From positions 1 through 58,158 of the forward strand of contig CALVHX010000002.1 of the NCBI GenBank assembly GCA_944329195.1: 58,158 nucleotides of DNA. Direction: 5' to 3'. The notes beneath the pieces were generated by a model, which did not search any database, was not told where the DNA came from, and was given only the letters and a program-made list of their open reading frames with translations. Source of the DNA: an uncultured Bacilli bacterium (GTDB lineage Bacteria; Bacillota_I; Bacilli_A; RF39; UBA660). This document shows positions 56,613-58,158 of the stretch, in pieces. The first letter of the stretch is position 1. The number at the start of each line of letters is the position of its first letter. A program made the position numbers and the translations under genes.

Positions 56613-57443
56613 TTAATCACCCTTAATTCTTAAATATTCTTCATAAGAATGTTCTAAATCTAATACAATTCTCGTATGCTCTTTTTTTTTAATTTCTTCT
56701 TTTGATGGGATTTTCATAAAATCTCCATAAATGTGTTTTAAATATTCTTCAGTTTTTTCAGGAACGGGTAATTTAGTATCTTCAAATTTAACATATTTAG
56801 GTTTTCCCATAATATCCTTATTAGTCATATTAACTCCCATACCATCTCCATCAAATATACAACACCAATTATCATAATTGTTACAACTATATTTAATACA
56901 ATTCTTAGTACAAATTTTAATTATTTTATATCGTCCAACAATCTTTTTCATAACCTTAAATAATGATGCCAAGACTTTATTATTAATAACATTAATATCA
57001 GATGACATAACAAAAGCCCTATTAATTTCTATTAGTTTTCTTTTAAGTTTATTTTTAGGTATACCAACAAACGGAAAAATATCAATGTAAACACCGTAAG
57101 TTATGTTTTTATCAAGGTTTCCTTCTTCGATTAACGTAGTTGTAATATCTCTCAATTTCATAAATGATAAATAATATTCTTTTTCTGTATCTTTATTTTG
57201 CAAAAAATATTTCTTCTTATCTAATTTTTTATCACAAACTTCAATAAATTTCAAATAATTTTCATATGTCATACCAATATCAAAATCATCATCCCACGGA
57301 ATAAATCCTTGATGCCTAATAGCTCCTAATGCAGAACCAAAAATAATATAATATTCTATATTATTTTCTTTACATAATCTATCAATGTATTTAATCATTT
57401 CTAACATTTTAAGTTGTAAATTTCTTAAATCATTTTTAGCCAT
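56613..57443 (-). CDS. LicD family phosphotransferase
   Basis: YYIIFGSALGAIRHQGFIPWDDDFDIGM; ATG after AGGTGA; 8-nt overlap with the upstream gene. Confidence 0.85.
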   Translation of the reverse strand: MAKNDLRNLQLKMLEMIKYIDRLCKENNIEYYIIFGSALGAIRHQGFIPWDDDFDIGMTYENYLKFIEVCDKKLDKKKYFLQNKDTEKEYYLSFMKLRDITTTLIEEGNLDKNITYGVYIDIFPFVGIPKNKLKRKLIEINRAFVMSSDINVINNKVLASLFKVMKKIVGRYKIIKICTKNCIKYSCNNYDNWCCIFDGDGMGVNMTNKDIMGKPKYVKFEDTKLPVPEKTEEYLKHIYGDFMKIPSKEEIKKKEHTRIVLDLEHSYEEYLRIKGD

Positions 57444-58158
57444 TTTTATCACCTATAATTTCATAAAAACTTTTAATTATATTTTCAGGTAAAAAATCGT
57501 TATATCTTTTTAAGCTTTGATTACTATAATAATCATACATATCTTTATTGAATAATAATTCTTTTATTTTATTTGCCATTTCTTTAAAATCACCAACTGA
57601 CACTATTAAACCATATTTATCAGTTCCTATTATATCTTTACAACCATATGGTGAATCAGTAGCTACTACTGGTATACCTTTACTCATAGCTTCAATAATT
57701 ACAGTGGGCAGTCCTTCTGACAATGAAGAAAAAGCAAATAATTTAGAATTTTCATAAAACTGACTAACATTATCTTGTGCCCCTACAAGAAATATTCTTT
57801 TGGATAATTCTTTAAACTCAATATAATCATTAATCTTTTTTCTGTCAGGGCCATCTCCAACAATAACTAAATTATAATTAAAATTTTTCTCTTTAACTAA
57901 TATGTCAAATGCATTTATTAAAGTAATAAAATCTTTTGGATAATCTAATCTAGCTACTGACAAAATATATTCTCCATATTTTTTTTTGATATATTCATCT
58001 TTATTTTTATTATTTTTTATATTTTCAATTTTTATTGGATTATACAAATTAACTATATTATATTTTAAATAAGGTTTGCAATAAAAAATATCATTTTGAT
58101 CTATATGATTTATAGAAACGATTTTATCAAATTTACTATACATTTTTTCAAAAGCTGG
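57436..58158 (-). CDS. GT4 glycosyltransferase, 5' end outside the window
   Basis: SLSEGLPTVIIEAMSKGIPVVATD EX7E region. The frame stays open upstream of the first ATG to the window edge. Confidence 0.8.
   Translation of the reverse strand, partial: PAFEKMYSKFDKIVSINHIDQNDIFYCKPYLKYNIVNLYNPIKIENIKNNKNKDEYIKKKYGEYILSVARLDYPKDFITLINAFDILVKEKNFNYNLVIVGDGPDRKKINDYIEFKELSKRIFLVGAQDNVSQFYENSKLFAFSSLSEGLPTVIIEAMSKGIPVVATDSPYGCKDIIGTDKYGLIVSVGDFKEMANKIKELLFNKDMYDYYSNQSLKRYNDFLPENIIKSFYEIIGDKNG

Noticed and set aside
1-58158. Search for CRISPR arrays, rRNA genes, IS elements, integrases, phage modules, reverse transcriptases and classic toxin-antitoxin pairs
   Set aside because: I found no regularly spaced repeat array, no transposase, integrase or RT signatures in any long ORF, and no rRNA-like sequence. 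The only repeats are the short ones reported above.

Overview
This is about 58 kb of chromosome from a very A+T-rich, endospore-forming Firmicute. The evidence for that is an alpha/beta-type SASP and an unmistakable Spo0A; the lineage cannot be fixed by eye. Standard code 11 fits all long ORFs. Most of the window is housekeeping: thiI, mutS, rpsU, comEA/comEC, trpS, lon, spo0A, pgk/tpiA, glyQS, pdp and six tRNAs. Almost everything from 34.6 kb to the end lies on the minus strand. I recognise no rRNA, CRISPR array, integrase, transposase or phage gene.

The strongest non-obvious signal is a compact bacteriocin-like export locus at 9.1-12.0 kb. An ABC exporter with an intact C39 peptidase is followed by a 143-aa minimal accessory protein. 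After that come two sub-60-aa ORFs that are absent from the supplied ORF track. Each has a textbook double-glycine leader, a GxxxG motif and a single Cys at the third-from-last residue. The locus sits directly against rpsU and has no visible immunity or regulatory gene.

Other accessory-looking insertions:
- a translationally coupled secreted-protein/membrane-protein pair (12.3-14.9 kb)
- a DUF1016-type PD-(D/E)xK nuclease plus an HExxHxxxxxH protein downstream of comEC (16.2-18.3 kb)
- a UPF0104 membrane gene wedged between pgk and a divergent tpiA
- a candidate orphan small RNA at the left edge
- a gene split by a T4 homopolymer that also carries a perfect 39-bp tandem duplication
- a 15-bp inverted-repeat pair beside a tRNA cluster
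- an O-antigen-ligase remnant
- a tail-anchored nucleotidyltransferase-like protein next to a PflX-type radical SAM enzyme

The last ~12 kb is a cell-wall glycopolymer locus: tagO, galE, mnaA, a GT-C protein, tagA, a deacetylase, a Wzy-like::GT4 fusion, GT2, LicD and GT4. It runs off the window.

All functional calls come from motif recognition by eye. No database search was possible.
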